NCBI GenBank assembly: GCA_951406725.2
Contig: OX597841.1
Span: forward strand, 14,942,001 to 15,006,000
From: Octopus vulgaris
Lineage: Eukaryota
DNA: 64,000 nt
Direction: 5' to 3'
Shown: one piece after another, positions 42,341 through 57,599 of the stretch
Numbering within the stretch: position 1 is the stretch's first letter
Layout: each line of letters opens with the position of its first letter
Notes under the pieces: model-generated
Told to the model about the DNA's origin: nothing
What the model saw: the letters and a program-made list of their open reading frames with translations, nothing else
The model's database searches: none
Translations under genes and position numbers: made by a program

Positions 42341-43404
42341 TCACCTTTCAGAGTCGATAAAATAAGTACTAGTTGCGTACTGTGGTCGATCTAATCGACT
42401 GAGCCCCTCCTCCAATGCTTTCGGGCCTTGTGCCTGGAGTAGAAATGAATGCATAGCAGTATTTCGCCTGTCGCTACGTTCTGAGTTCAAATTCCGTTGA
42501 GGTCAACTTTACACTTCATCCTTTCGTGGTCGATAAATTAAGTACCAGTAATGTACCGGAGTCGATCTAATCGACAGGCACCCTCACCCCAAATTTCAGG
42601 CCTTGTACCTACAGTAGAAAGGATTATTTTGTGGGGGCGGGCCTATGCAACAATCCCGCAAATGCCGCCCTCCCAAATGCAAATCACCGCATCGACCTAT
42701 TCTCTTATCTCTACATCATTTCGCGTCTAAAACAGCCCTCGCTCGAAGCAGGTAGCAATCGCATTATGGACAAAATGCTCATGACACTCGCTAACATCAG
42801 AGGACAGGAGAAGTGCAAGAAAGAACATTGGAGAAACGAACGACATTATGTCGAAAATTCCAAATGCAGGGAGCATCGGACGAAATCCTTATCAGCATTT
42901 CGTCTGGTCTACTACATGAATATCTTATATATGCATATATGCCCCAGCATGGCCACAGCTTGTGAGCTAAAACTAAATAAAAAAAATAAATAAAAATATA
43001 CATACATACTTGCATATATATGTATATATATATATTTCGCCGAGGTCTACTTTGCCATTCATCTTTACAGGGCCGTTAGAATAAGTACCTGTGAGACACT
43101 GGGGTTGATATATTATTATTATTATTATTATTATTGTTGTTGTTGTTGTTGTTATTTAAGGCGGCGAGCTGGCAGAAACGTTAGCGCTCTGGGCGAAATG
43201 CCTAGCGGTATTTCGTCTGTCATTACGTTCTGAGTTCAAATTCCGCCCAGAACCTTGCGGTCGGAAACCAAACTTCTTAGCATACTTGCCATACCTGCGG
43301 GTTTAATGTAATCATGTAGCCTTTCCTCACCCCGCTCACCCGCCCCCCGAAATCTCACTTCTTGCGCTGCTTGTATTTGAAAAAATTATATATATATATA
43401 TATA

Positions 43405-43920
43405 AAACCCCTCACGAGGGAGCGAAAAAACAGCATGTATGTATGTGTGTGTAAGTATGTGTGCTCTCCAATTTCTTTTTCACAGTAAATTCCAATATAA
43501 TCAAAATCGACACACTTTAAAAGGCATTTGTAGAAAATTTCATTGAAAAATAAACATTTTTCTCAAAGTTGTGAGGAAAAACATCAAATCGTGTGAATTT
43601 TCCAAAACTACTCTTCCAAACACCAGAATAAAATTTTTCGCAACAAAAGACGATATAGTCGGAATCTAAACGAACTGAAGCGAATCTGTAGAAAATTTCG
43701 TTAAAAAGTATCCATTTTTTGCTTATAAATTATGAGGAAAGAAAGCCGACTCGTGCAAATTTTAGGAAACGTCTTTCTCCACCCTTGGAAAAAATTCTGT
43801 TTTTAGCAAATTCCGACCTAATCGGAATCTTCACCATCCGAAGCGTACTTGGAGAAAATTTCCTTGAAAATTATCCATTTTTCTGGGAGTTATGAGGAAG
43901 CAAATTCGATGAGGTGAGAC
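43405..43920. repeat. Element with three diverged ~160-bp subrepeats
   Basis: tgtagaaaattt..ttgaaaa..tccatttt..ttatgaggaa at ~43529, 43687 and 43850; short TG/TATG microsatellite near the start (possibly Helentron-associated). Confidence 0.6.
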
Positions 43921-44609
43921 ACAGTTCTTTTCTACTCTAGGCACAAGGCAGGAAATTTTTGAGGAGGGTGCCAATCGATTAGATCGAACCCAATACGCAA
44001 CTGGTACTTATTTTGTCGACTCCGAAAGGATGAAAGGCAAAGTCGACCTCAGTGGAATTTGAACTCAGAAAGTAAAGACAGACGAAATACCTATTTCTTT
44101 ACTATCCACAAAGGGCTAAGCACAGAGACGACAAACAAGGACAGACAGACGGATTAAGTCGATTATATCGACCCCAGTGCGTAACTGGTACTTGTCAATT
44201 GACCCCGAAAGGATGAAAGGCAAAGTCGACCTCGGCGGAATTTGAACTCTGAACGTAACGGCAGACGAAATACGGCTACGCATTTCGCCCGGCGTGCTAA
44301 CGTCTCTGCCAGCTCGCCGCTTTCGCGGTGAGACACAATTGCGTAAATATGCCAAAGTGAATCACGACCGCAAAAGAAACAGTTTATTATAGAAAGAAAG
44401 AACCGTTGATGTATCTCAGTGCGAAATCAGCTCCTTTTCAGGTAGGTGTCCGAGAGTTGTACATTTACGAATATCTTCATTAAACGTCGGCAGGTCTTTT
44501 AATAGACTTTTGAAAAGTTCTTCAATTAATATCCCCCCCTCCAAAACTTGGACCGACCGTCAAACTGTCACCATTCATGTGTACGTTCCTTTTCATATAC
44601 ATACATACA

Positions 44610-44689
<80 letters not shown>

Positions 44690-44710
44690 GCATACATATA
44701 TAAATATATA

Positions 44711-44772
<62 letters not shown>

Positions 44773-45167
44773 ATCAAAATAAAAACATGATGCAAAGGAT
44801 TTAGCGGTACATGTGTTTCTGTCCTTGGAGTAGTAATTGTACGCGGCTGAAGAAGGCTATTGACTTACAAATTACATCAATTATGCATTGATATAAACCG
44901 TCTAATAAAAGCCAGTAACATATGTACCGCTAAATCCTTTGGATCATGTTTTTATTTTGATAAATATACTCTATCACCTACACCACTAAATGGCATATAC
45001 AGGTGCTTACACTTATCAAGTATTCACCCTGAATTTATATATATATATATATATATATGCGTACATATATGGCTACCGAATAATTGTCACAGATATTTAC
45101 AGATAAATTCCTCTATTTACATAATGTCGAGGTCTCCTTCATTCTTTTGTTGTCTTACCATTTCTGT

Positions 45168-45215
<48 letters not shown>

Positions 45216-45218
<3 letters not shown>

Positions 45219-45545
45219 GGAGTAAACACATAAATGTGAAACAAGGTGGAAAAAAGAGTACTCAAATACCAGTGGTAGAGTAATATGCTAGCAAAAACTG
45301 TCCGATGAACGGCAACGGGAAACTCAGAGTAACAGGTTTTGTTGAATTTTCTGCTGCTTTAAATAAAGTATATATATATATATATATATATATGTGTACC
45401 GGGGTAAGAGTATAAATGCGAAACAAGGTTAGAAAAAAATAGTACTCGAATACCAGAGGTAGAGTTATATGCTTTATTAAAAAGCAGCAAAAATATAACA
45501 AAAACTGTTACTCAGAGTTTCAGGTTCCCGTTCGTCGGACAAACG
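45216..45545. mobile_element. Two oppositely oriented Penelope-type repeat fragments, each with a CCGA-core hammerhead-like motif
   Basis: + strand 45298-45335 CUGU-CCGAUGA-...-GAAA-CUCAGAG-UA-ACAG; minus strand 45505-45541 UGU-CCGACGA-...-GAAA-CUCUGAG-UA-ACAG. Confidence 0.6.
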
Positions 45546-45949
45546 ATCATTTCGTAGCGTCGAATGTGGTTGTGGTTGATATTTTGCAGACAAGAAGGTA
45601 AATTTCGAACGTTGACTTCTGTCAACTTTTTCCTGTCTTACAATGGAAAATACCCAAAATTTCTCTGCTGTTTCCATGGATTTACTGCGGTCAAAATTTT
45701 GTTTCTAGTCTCCTTTTGGATGTGTCAGCATTGAAGTCGAAGGTTTTGTAACTAACGGGGACAGCAATTAGCTAACACCTGAAGAAATACAACTGGGTCC
45801 CATTGTACAGGTAAATCGCTACATAATTTAAATCCTGCATATATGGGGATCAATGTTGTATGGAAACATGTGTAGTGATTATTAAATAACTGTCTGACCG
45901 TACTCCATCTTGTTGACCCTATCTTATTCAATTATATATATATATATAT

Positions 45950-46100
45950 ATAGAATGGTTGTATACTGTCAATCTAACAAGAACGTGACAGTAGGGGGTA
46001 CACCACCGCTGTCACGTTCTTGTTAGATTGACAGTATACAACCATTCTATCGCCCCACCACCGTACATGTCTCTACGAGAGATTTAGAAATTCAATATTT

Positions 46101-46103
<3 letters not shown>
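45950..46103. mobile_element. Short fold-back element (42-bp arms, 17-nt loop), deletion derivative of the 31099 family
   Basis: 45950-45991 is the reverse complement of 46009-46050; same tcgccccaccaccgtaca...aattcaatatttc tail. Confidence 0.8.
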
Positions 46104-46149
<46 letters not shown>

Positions 46150-46463
46150 CTAATATAGGATAAAATTTTTTTCGGGAAAAAATTTTTATCAATGGCCAGC
46201 ATATCAAAAAATACCTTTAAATGTTAAATTTATAAATAATTTACAAGATAAGGGCAAAAGAAAAATTCTAATGCCAAATATGCCGAAAAAAAGACAAAAA
46301 ATTTCAATAACCATTATAATTTATGTGTCTCGAAACAAACCGATAGAAATCTCTAAAAAATTCGTTATTACCGTATTGGTCCAATTTCGGGGTTAATTAT
46401 TGAAAAGTTATGTGTTTTTTCGGCATATTTGGCATTAGAATTTTTCTTTTGCCCTTATCTTGT

Positions 46464-46533
<70 letters not shown>

Positions 46534-46836
46534 GTAGAAATATGTTACAAAAAGAAAATATAAAATACACGTGGAAACGTAAGGGTAAAATATGAAAAAT
46601 CAACGAAAATGCATATTGCAAATAAAAAAAGGCTTTTTATGACAGGTAACGACAAATATATACATTTAGATTGACTGAGGTAGTAATACGAGTCATAAAA
46701 GTCATTACTATGAGATGATTATAAGATGATAATAAAGTAAGAGAACAAAGCGAACCATGGTTTCGCTTTTAATATACACATATACATATATATATATATA
46801 ATTGAATAAGGCAGAGTCAACAATTTGGAGTACGGT

Positions 46837-46900
<64 letters not shown>

Positions 46901-47030
46901 AGGTAAAACAAAAAATGGAACAAGAACGTAACAGGCGACAACAAAACACTCGGGTCATTCGGAGCTTTCAATCTTCAGTCGAGTACCAGATCATCTTTGC
47001 AGTTTCGGCCGGTTACTCTCGAAGCTGCTC

Positions 47031-47106
<76 letters not shown>

Positions 47107-47547
47107 TTCGTCATGGAAAACAAGTTACCCTGAAGAAGAAAGAATTGCCAAATAATGGTACTACATCCCTTTTTATTTCCGCAATGAATCCCCAGAAATG
47201 GCCGCTGGTACCCCACTTTAATTTTAACTATCCCGAATTTTAATTTCGTTCCTCGTTGTATCTTTTACTTCCCTTCCGTGACCCTTCAGACTTTCTCGAA
47301 TATTTTTACCTATGCACGCATGTTTTAACGCTTTTATATTTCCATGCGAAGTTTTTTTTAAAATCTATTAATTTACACATATATATACATTTTTAATATA
47401 TCTATTTATTTATAGATCTTTAAAAAAAAATGTCTGTGTATTTATATGTTTTATTCTATCGTGTACATTTGTATTTTAAATTCATCTCTAATCGAAGTCA
47501 TTTTTGCGGATCGAATTGAATCACCAGGTCTTTTGTTTCTTCAAATT

Positions 47548-47600
<53 letters not shown>

Positions 47601-47606
47601 TATATA

Positions 47607-47668
<62 letters not shown>

Positions 47669-47824
47669 CATATATACATACATATATATGCATAATATAT
47701 ACACAAATACACACACACACACAACACGCATACAGATATATTAACGGAATCCGACGTGCTAGGTTTTCTGATCAGAAGCCTGCGAAACTTTAAGTCTCCT
47801 GACGCCCAATCAAACTATTTAAAT

Positions 47825-48224
<400 letters not shown>

Positions 48225-48866
48225 GGCGCAGGAGTGGCTGTGTGGTAAGTAGCTTGCTAATCAACCACATGGTTCCGGGTTCAGTCCCACTGCGTGGTAT
48301 CTTGGGCAAGTGTCTTCTGCTATAGCCCCGGTCCGACCAATGTCTTGTGAGTGGATTTGGTAGACGGAAACTGAAAGAAGCCTGTCGTATATATGTATAT
48401 ATATATGTATGCGTGTGTGTGTTTGTGTGTCTGTGTTTGTCCTCCTAGCATTGCTTGACAACCGATGCTGGTGTGTTTACGTCCCGTCACTTAGCGGTTC
48501 GGCAAAAGAGACCAATAGAATAAGTACTGGGCTTCCAAAGAATAAGTCCCGGGGTCGATTTGCTCGACTAAAAGCGGTGCTCCAGCATGGCCGCAGTCAA
48601 ATGGCTGAAACAAGTAAGAAAAAAAATAATAATAGCAACAACTATTATAATAATAATAATAATAATAATAATAGTATATATATATATATATATATATTTC
48701 TTTATTGCCCACAAGGGGCTAAACATAGAGGTGACAAACAAAGACAGACAAAGGAATTAAGTCAACTACATCGACCGACCCCAGTGCGCAACTGGTACTT
48801 TATTTATCGACCCCGAAAGGATGAAAGCAAAGTCGACCTCGGCGGTGTTTGAACCCAGAACATAAC

Positions 48867-48946
<80 letters not shown>

Positions 48947-49552
48947 TATGTATATATATATGTACATCTATCTATTTATCTCTCTATCTATCTATCTATC
49001 TATCTTACGCCTGAATGATGTAACTATTTTGAGCATGAACTTATAAAACACCAAGAGAGAGGGGACTTCGCTCTCATATTTTTTCCATTTTCCTAGGTTA
49101 CCGCGATTATTTTTTCCGTAGGTTTTTCTTTCCACGGATAACTCCAGACAGTGCCATATTTTCTCCTCCTTTTGGGAATTTCAATTGTTGAAAACTACAC
49201 CTTGTTATCCAATTGTGTACACGCCCCAAAACGTTTTTCGATTCGTATTGATCGGTTTCGAAAAGAAAAAATTCTACGACGTATTGTCCCCTCTGTGTTT
49301 GGCACTGCGTGGATAACTGAAGATAGCCATCAATGTATGTATGTGTGTATGTATGTATGTATGTACGTATGTATGTATGTATGTATGTATGTATGTATGT
49401 ATGTATGTATGTATTAATGTATGAATGTGTGTGTATGTTTGTATGCATGTATGTATGTATGTATGTATGTATGTATGTATGTATGAATGTATCTATGTAT
49501 GTATGTATGTATGTATGTATGATGTGTGTATGCATGTATGTATGTATGTATG

Positions 49553-49586
<34 letters not shown>

Positions 49587-49623
49587 TGTATGATGTGTGT
49601 ATGCATGTATGTATGTATGTATG

Positions 49624-49655
<32 letters not shown>

Positions 49656-50522
49656 CATGCATGTATGTATATATGTATGTATGTATATATGTATGCATAT
49701 ATGTAAGTATGTATGAATGTATGTATGCATATATGTATGCATGTATGAATGTATGTATGCATATATGTATGCATGTATGAATGTATGTATGTATGTATGT
49801 ATGCATGCATGTATGTATGTATGTATGTATGTATATATGTATGTATGTATGCATGTATGTATGTATGCATGTATGTATGTATGCATGTATGTATGTATGC
49901 ATGTATGTATGTATGTATATATGTATGTATGCATATATGTATGTATTATGTATGTATGTATGTATGCATGTATGCATATATGTATGTATGTATGAATGTA
50001 TGCATGTATGTATGTATGTATGCATGCATGTATGTATTTATGTATGTATATATATATATGCATGTATGTATGTACGTACGTATGTATGCATGTATATATG
50101 CACGGATGTATTAATGTATGAATGTGTGTGTATGTATGTATGTACGTACGTATGTATGCATGTATATATGCACGGATGTATTAATGTATGAATGTGTGTG
50201 TATGTATGTATGTATGTATGTATGTATGTATGTATGTATGCTTGTGTGTATGTAATGTTCGTTGCTCTCCTGTAATAAAGGGATCACCAGTCGAGCATTC
50301 TGTTTCTTTCCATTCTCCCTTTGTTCGACGCACCATTCATCCTGCTCAGCTTCTATTGGCCTTTTTTCTTTCCCTCTCTCATTTTGTCGATCACTTTTCG
50401 ACTTTATCTCCACCTGTTGCAAACGCCTTCTTTCTCCAACAGCACTTCGCTCACATTTGATTGCGGTCAGGCTGGGGCACCGCCTTGAAGGGTTTGAGCC
50501 CAACAAATCTTACTCGTAGGCT

Positions 50523-50555
<33 letters not shown>

Positions 50556-50889
50556 CTTGTTTGAGCTTATCACTTAGTGTATCGGTCGCTTTTGTCGAAC
50601 CGCTAAGTCACGTTGACGTAAACGTGTCAACACCGGTTAAATGGTGGGAGGGGGTGGGTACAAGCACAGACACAAAATCCTACAGATAGATATATATAGA
50701 TATGCACACACATACATACACACAAAAACAGATATCTATATATATGTGTGTGCGTGTGTGTGTGAACCTGGAATCATGTGGTCGGGAAGAAGGCTTCTTA
50801 CCACACAGCCACGCCTGCGCCTTGTACAGGCACGCCTATATATATGTATATATACATATCTATCTATCAATCTATACACACACACACAC

Positions 50890-50922
<33 letters not shown>

Positions 50923-51135
50923 CATATATATATGTATATATATATATGTATATATATATATATACATATATATACATATATATATATGTATATATGTATG
51001 TATATATATGTATGTATGTATGTATGTATATATATATATATACGTATATATATATGTATACATATATGTATGTATATGTATATATATGTATACATATATG
51101 TATATATATGTATATATGTATATATGTATATATAT

Positions 51136-51228
<93 letters not shown>

Positions 51229-51563
51229 GTATATATATATATGCATATATATATGTATATATGTATATATGTATGTATATATATATATATATCTGCATAT
51301 ATATATGTATATATACATATATATGTGTGTGTGCGTTGGTTGTTTCCAGACATCTTTCATCTGACTAATTACTTGAATATTGTTATTTAATCAAAACTTT
51401 CTCGCGTCACAATATTACGAATGAAAATATCTGATTAACAAAACCACATTTTTTTTCTCTCTCATTTTATGCAAGGATGTTCATCATCTCAAGTTTTTAT
51501 TTCCTCATCTACACTGTACGTATGTGTTCGTAGTGTGCGTGTATGTGTGTATGCGAGAGCACA

Positions 51564-51646
<83 letters not shown>

Positions 51647-52389
51647 ATATACTCTCTTTTCTCTTTACTCTTTTACTTGTTTCAATCATTTGGCTGCTAC
51701 CATGCTGCAGCACCGCCTTTAGTCGAGCAAATCGACCCCGGGACTGATTCTTTTTGTAAGCCCAGTACTTATTCCATCAGTCTCTTTTGCCGACCCGCTA
51801 AGTGACGTGGACGTAAACACACCAGCATCGGTTGTCAAGCAATGCTAGGGGGACAAACACAGACACACAAACACATACACATACATACATATACATATAT
51901 ATACATATATATGACAGGCTTCTTTCAGTTTCCGTCTACCAAATCCACTCACAAGGCATTGGTCGGCCCGGGGCTATAGCAGAAGACACTTGCCCAAGGT
52001 GCCACGCAGTGGGACTGAACCCGGAACCATGTGGTTGGTTAGCAAGCTTCTTACCACACAGCCACACCTGCGCCTATATATTCATGAAATGACTAATAAG
52101 TATACTTTGATATCGATGGTTGTTGTTAGCCGTTAACTGGAACATAATTGGGAGCTAATACGGTATCCACCCGAATAATACATCCCTCCATACTCGTTTA
52201 TTAGGCTCTCTTAAGGTCTGAAGAAACGCCGTAAAGCCAAGTGCTTCATGGACACGAAACCCAGGGCGCAACCCCATGTACAGGCCACAACTATCTAATT
52301 TCGCTGCCGCCCTCAAACTTAGAGTGAGCTTCCCTTTCGGATTTATGAATTTTACTACACATACATACACACATATACATGCATATACA

Positions 52390-52423
<34 letters not shown>

Positions 52424-52861
52424 CATACATACATACATACAAACATACATACATACATACATACATACATACATACATACATACATACATACATACATAC
52501 ATAAATATACATACATACACACATATACATACATACATACATACATACATATGTGTCATTGAATGCTCGAAACGAGGAGTTGATAGACAGTCGACAACTG
52601 AAGAAGGGTCCTTTCTCTGTCTTCACTTGTCCTGTTTCCCACTTTTTCTCGTTCTTTACATATTTCATTCCCTTTCCTTTCGTTTGCTTACGTTTTTCAT
52701 GTTATTTGCTCCGCTGGTATCATCCTGTGCCCATGCATGTATGTATGTATGTATGTATGTATGTATGTATGTATGTATGTATGTATGTATGTATGTATGT
52801 ATGTATGTATGTATGTATGTATATGTGTATATCTATATCTATATCTATATATATATATCTA

Positions 52862-52900
<39 letters not shown>

Positions 52901-53093
52901 CAAGGGTGAAAAATTTTTCTGATATATATATACACACACACACGAGTGTGCATGAAAGATCTTGAGCCTCAAAAAATATGGTACAAGACTTCAGATGAAG
53001 GGACAAGACTTGAGGACTTCAAGGCTCTAAGGCCTTGAAGGGTCAAAACTTTTCATACACCCCTCGTATATATAATGTATTATTTATTATTTA

Positions 53094-53135
<42 letters not shown>

Positions 53136-53310
53136 GGAATATGAGGGGTTTTGTTCACTGGTGATCTAAACGAATAGGTACGCCGAATAAGTGCTATAGT
53201 TGCTGAATATAGCAGCCAAAATCTGACTCTAAAACCACATTAAATGTTCATACAGCACAAGGAGAGAAGACAAGATAAGATCGATATTTAATTTAAATTA
53301 ACGATCTTAT

Positions 53311-53352
<42 letters not shown>

Positions 53353-53356
<4 letters not shown>

Positions 53357-53812
53357 CTCGAGTTGCACATGAGAAAGTAAGGAGGGATGTCAGGAAGGGC
53401 ATCGCTGTTAGACTTCCAGAAGGGAAGGGTCTTCCTTTGATTCTGACATGCAATGTCTGTGCAAGACCTTGCCGCAGTAAAGCTGGACTCATGAGTCATC
53501 TTCGTAGTCATAAAACGAGACAGATGAGTGACAACCTAACCACTGGTGGTGGTGTAACACGCCATACTAATCATATATGTCGGGCATGTGGAAGAGAGTG
53601 TAATTCGGCAGGAGGACTTAAACGACATGCAAAGGTACATGAAGCCCAGTTACAACTACAGCCGGCGTTTACCAGTAAAGGTTTTAGTTGCCAACTCTGT
53701 ACAAGACATTGTAGATCTTTAGCTGGGCTAAAAAGTCACATTCGATCACAGCACAAATAACAGTTAAGCTTCGTGCGATGGCCATACTCGATAACGAGGG
53801 GGCAGCCATAAT
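53353..53812 (+). mobile_element. 5'-truncated RTE-like LINE end with three C2H2 zinc fingers
   Basis: Open frame 53353-53760: CNVCARPCRSKAGLMSHLRSH, CRACGRECNSAGGLKRHAKVH, CQLCTRHCRSLAGLKSHIRSQH. No TGEKP linkers; RTE-like tail CTCGATAACGAGGGGGCAGCCATA; sits in (TA)n. Confidence 0.7.
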
Positions 53813-54313
53813 ATATATATATAAACATATATATGAGTATAATTGTGTATATGAGGAGGCGTATATGGGTTAAGGTCGTTGCACTCATGATCATAAGATA
53901 GTCGTTTCGATTCTTGGGACAGGAAACTCCACTCAGCAAGGAAAAACGAGTAATCATGTGACGAGTCGGCTTTCTGTCCAAGGAGGGGGAAATGGATACA
54001 TAAACCAGAGAAATCGGGAAACCGGCTTCTTCAATCTATGGCTTGAGTTGTTAACGCCTTGAATGCATGTGGCAAAACCAGACTCCTTAAATTTTGTTCT
54101 GGTTTATAAAAAATATGGGTTTTCGAAATGTTTAATAGATTTTATTGATACACGTGTACGTGTCTATATATGTGTGTATATACATATGTATGTCATTATT
54201 CAGTATTTATTTCAAGATTTCTAACCAATAGAGAAAGAACCGGTTTCTAACCAAGATCCAAATCTACTTCATTGGAATTTCAACATCAACAACAAGGTAT
54301 TCTTGTATGTATG

Positions 54314-54381
<68 letters not shown>

Positions 54382-54572
54382 CATACATACATACATAGAA
54401 ATACAAGAGGCTTCCAAATAGGAAAGCCTTGTGCTAGAAAGAGCAGTAGAAAACTCAAATAACCAATTTGGAAGCCTCTTGTTGTATTTCTATGTAAATA
54501 ATATATAGTCTAATGACTAATTCGTTTTTGTGCTAGGCCACCGGTAATAATAATTTCTTATTACCCTATTGT

Positions 54573-54650
<78 letters not shown>

Positions 54651-55169
54651 TATATGTATATGTCTACGCAGGCGCATGCAAAATGCATGCCCGCATACGC
54701 ACTCATTGTTTAAAATAACATGTTAATTAAAAATATTTTTGGAACATTGCTTAAACAGCAACACAATTTGATAGCTTCGATTGCATGGAGTTGACGACGT
54801 CTGTAGCATTACCTCGAGAACCAGAAATGAAATCAAAAGCGTGTGCTTGAAGCAGCCGTTTTTGCAGGTGTCGTTCACAAAGGTTTTTGAACAAAGGAAC
54901 ATAAGGATAAGCGTCTTCTTCAAACTTTCAGTTCATATTGCAAAAAATATTCATACCGTGAATGTTCGAAAAAAAAAAACAAGAATGGTTTCCCAGCTGA
55001 AGATCGGAAACGATTTATTTGTTTGTATGTTGACCGCTGAAAGCATTAAATAAAATTGATTATATTTCAGGTTTTTCGTGTTATTTAGATTAATTTGACC
55101 ATTCCGCAGGTAACTATACATATACATACATTCGTACATACGTACATACATACATATATAAATACATAC

Positions 55170-55235
<66 letters not shown>

Positions 55236-55248
55236 ACATGTATACATA

Positions 55249-55287
<39 letters not shown>

Positions 55288-55293
55288 ACATGT

Positions 55294-55348
<55 letters not shown>

Positions 55349-55594
55349 TATACATACATACATATACTCTTTACTCTTTTACTCTTTTACTTGTTTCAGT
55401 CATTTGACTGCGGCCATGCTGGAGCATCGCCTTTAGTCGTGCAAATCGACCCCGGGACTTATTCTTTGGAAGCCCAGTACTTATTCTATCGGTCTCTTTT
55501 TGCCGAACCGCTAAGTGACGGGGACATAAACACACCACCATCGGTTGTCAAGCAATGCTAGGGGGACAAACACAGACACACAAGCACACACACG

Positions 55595-55643
<49 letters not shown>

Positions 55644-55845
55644 TACAAAATTAGAGAATGGAGAAACATACTTAAATCAGTAAAACATCAACTATCCGAT
55701 GATACTCAATCCATACTTTAATACACCATTACATATGAGTAAAGGCAATATATAAAATGAAATGAGATATACAGTAATAGTAAAAGTAAAAAGATAAAGA
55801 GATATAAGTAAAAAATTTCAAATATAATATGCAAATAAATCAAAA

Positions 55846-55953
55846 CTGACAGCTGTTTCGGCAGTGAGGACAGTCATACCTCATTTAACCTATAAGCCAT
55901 AAAGGCAGGTATAAATGAGGCATTAACAAGGATGCCCCACGGCCTCTTCAGAG
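55846..55953 (-). ncRNA. Type I hammerhead motif with extended helix II
   Basis: Reverse complement: CU-CUGAAGA-GGC..(long stem incl. augccucauuua/uaaaugagguau)..GCC-GAAA-CAGCUG-UC-AG; helix I weak. Confidence 0.6.
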
Positions 55954-56205
55954 AATTAAATTAAATTTGTTATAATAGTGAAAAATATTATATAATCATA
56001 TACATATAAATATAAAAATATAAAAATGTAAAATATAAAAACTTATACATCATAATGCTACACTTATATAATATAATACACATTTGTACAAAAAGGAAGG
56101 TAAACAGAACAATATAAAACAAAATATATAACAGTGTATATATTAATATTAATAAGTACCGATATTGGTGGGTTGAATTTTCAACCCCTATCTCATTTTA
56201 TAACC

Positions 56206-56237
<32 letters not shown>

Positions 56238-56838
56238 TACGACGGGTATCTTTCAGTTTCCGTCTACCAAATCCACTCACAAGGTTTTGGTCGACCGAGG
56301 CTATAGAAGAAGACACTTGCCCACTGAACCCGGAACCATGTGGCTGGTTAGCAAGCTACTTACCACACAGCCACTCCTGCGCCTTAGTTAATGTTAATAA
56401 ATGAAGTGTTACATCTCTGATGAATCCCAACTTCTGGTGGAACAAGACACAAAGACAGCCCGTTGGTGGATGAAGGGGGCAAGTTTAGGGCTTCGGAATG
56501 TGTTTCCAGCAATCCTCGAACGGGGGCGTTGATGGCTGGGTAGTCTTATACTTGGGTAGGGTGTGCGTGGGAGACAGTAGAAATGAGGGCGGGGTGGGAA
56601 CAGTTGAAAGGTAGACGTCGGTGGGGAAGTGCGCGCCAGGTGCGCTTGGCCCTGGCCGAGACCCTATATGCACGCCCCACCCTTATAGCCATCCTAACTC
56701 CCACCCGGCCCATGCAAACTCCCCTGGGGTGCGTGCATCCGTGTTATACATCTGTACCTATATATAAATACATACACACAAAATCATACATACAAATATA
56801 CGTACATGCATATATTTATAGGCATAAATATATATATA

Positions 56839-56930
<92 letters not shown>

Positions 56931-57002
56931 ATATATATATATATACATATTTATATATATGTATACTCATATGCACATACACATATGCACACATCGTATA
57001 TG

Positions 57003-57052
<50 letters not shown>

Positions 57053-57221
57053 TTCATTATATATATATATACAATGAATATATGTATATGTAATTATGTA
57101 TAGGTACATGCGTATGTATACATGTATGCATATATTATGTACATATGAATGTATATATGCATGCATGGATATATATATATAATATACACACACACACATA
57201 TATATATATACATACGTATAT

Positions 57222-57278
<57 letters not shown>

Positions 57279-57599
57279 CTAATACCTATATGTATGTACG
57301 TATGTATGTTTGTATGTATGTATCCACCTATGCTATTACAGATTAGTTCAATTAATGTTAAAGTTTTCTTAATGACTTTTTCCCCTTTCCTTAATTAGTT
57401 CAACATATCTATACGGGGCTAATAACGTCCCTAATTCCATTGCCATTTATGGTAGTTCATTGTCGCTTTCGTCCGAATGAAAATGAAGCCAAAACTGGTT
57501 TTGAAATTATTTTGGACTGGCAATATTCTCAACAAGAAGGGCGGCGAGCTGATAGAATCATTGTTTAGTGGACGAAGCTGAAAAGGGTGAGAACAGATA

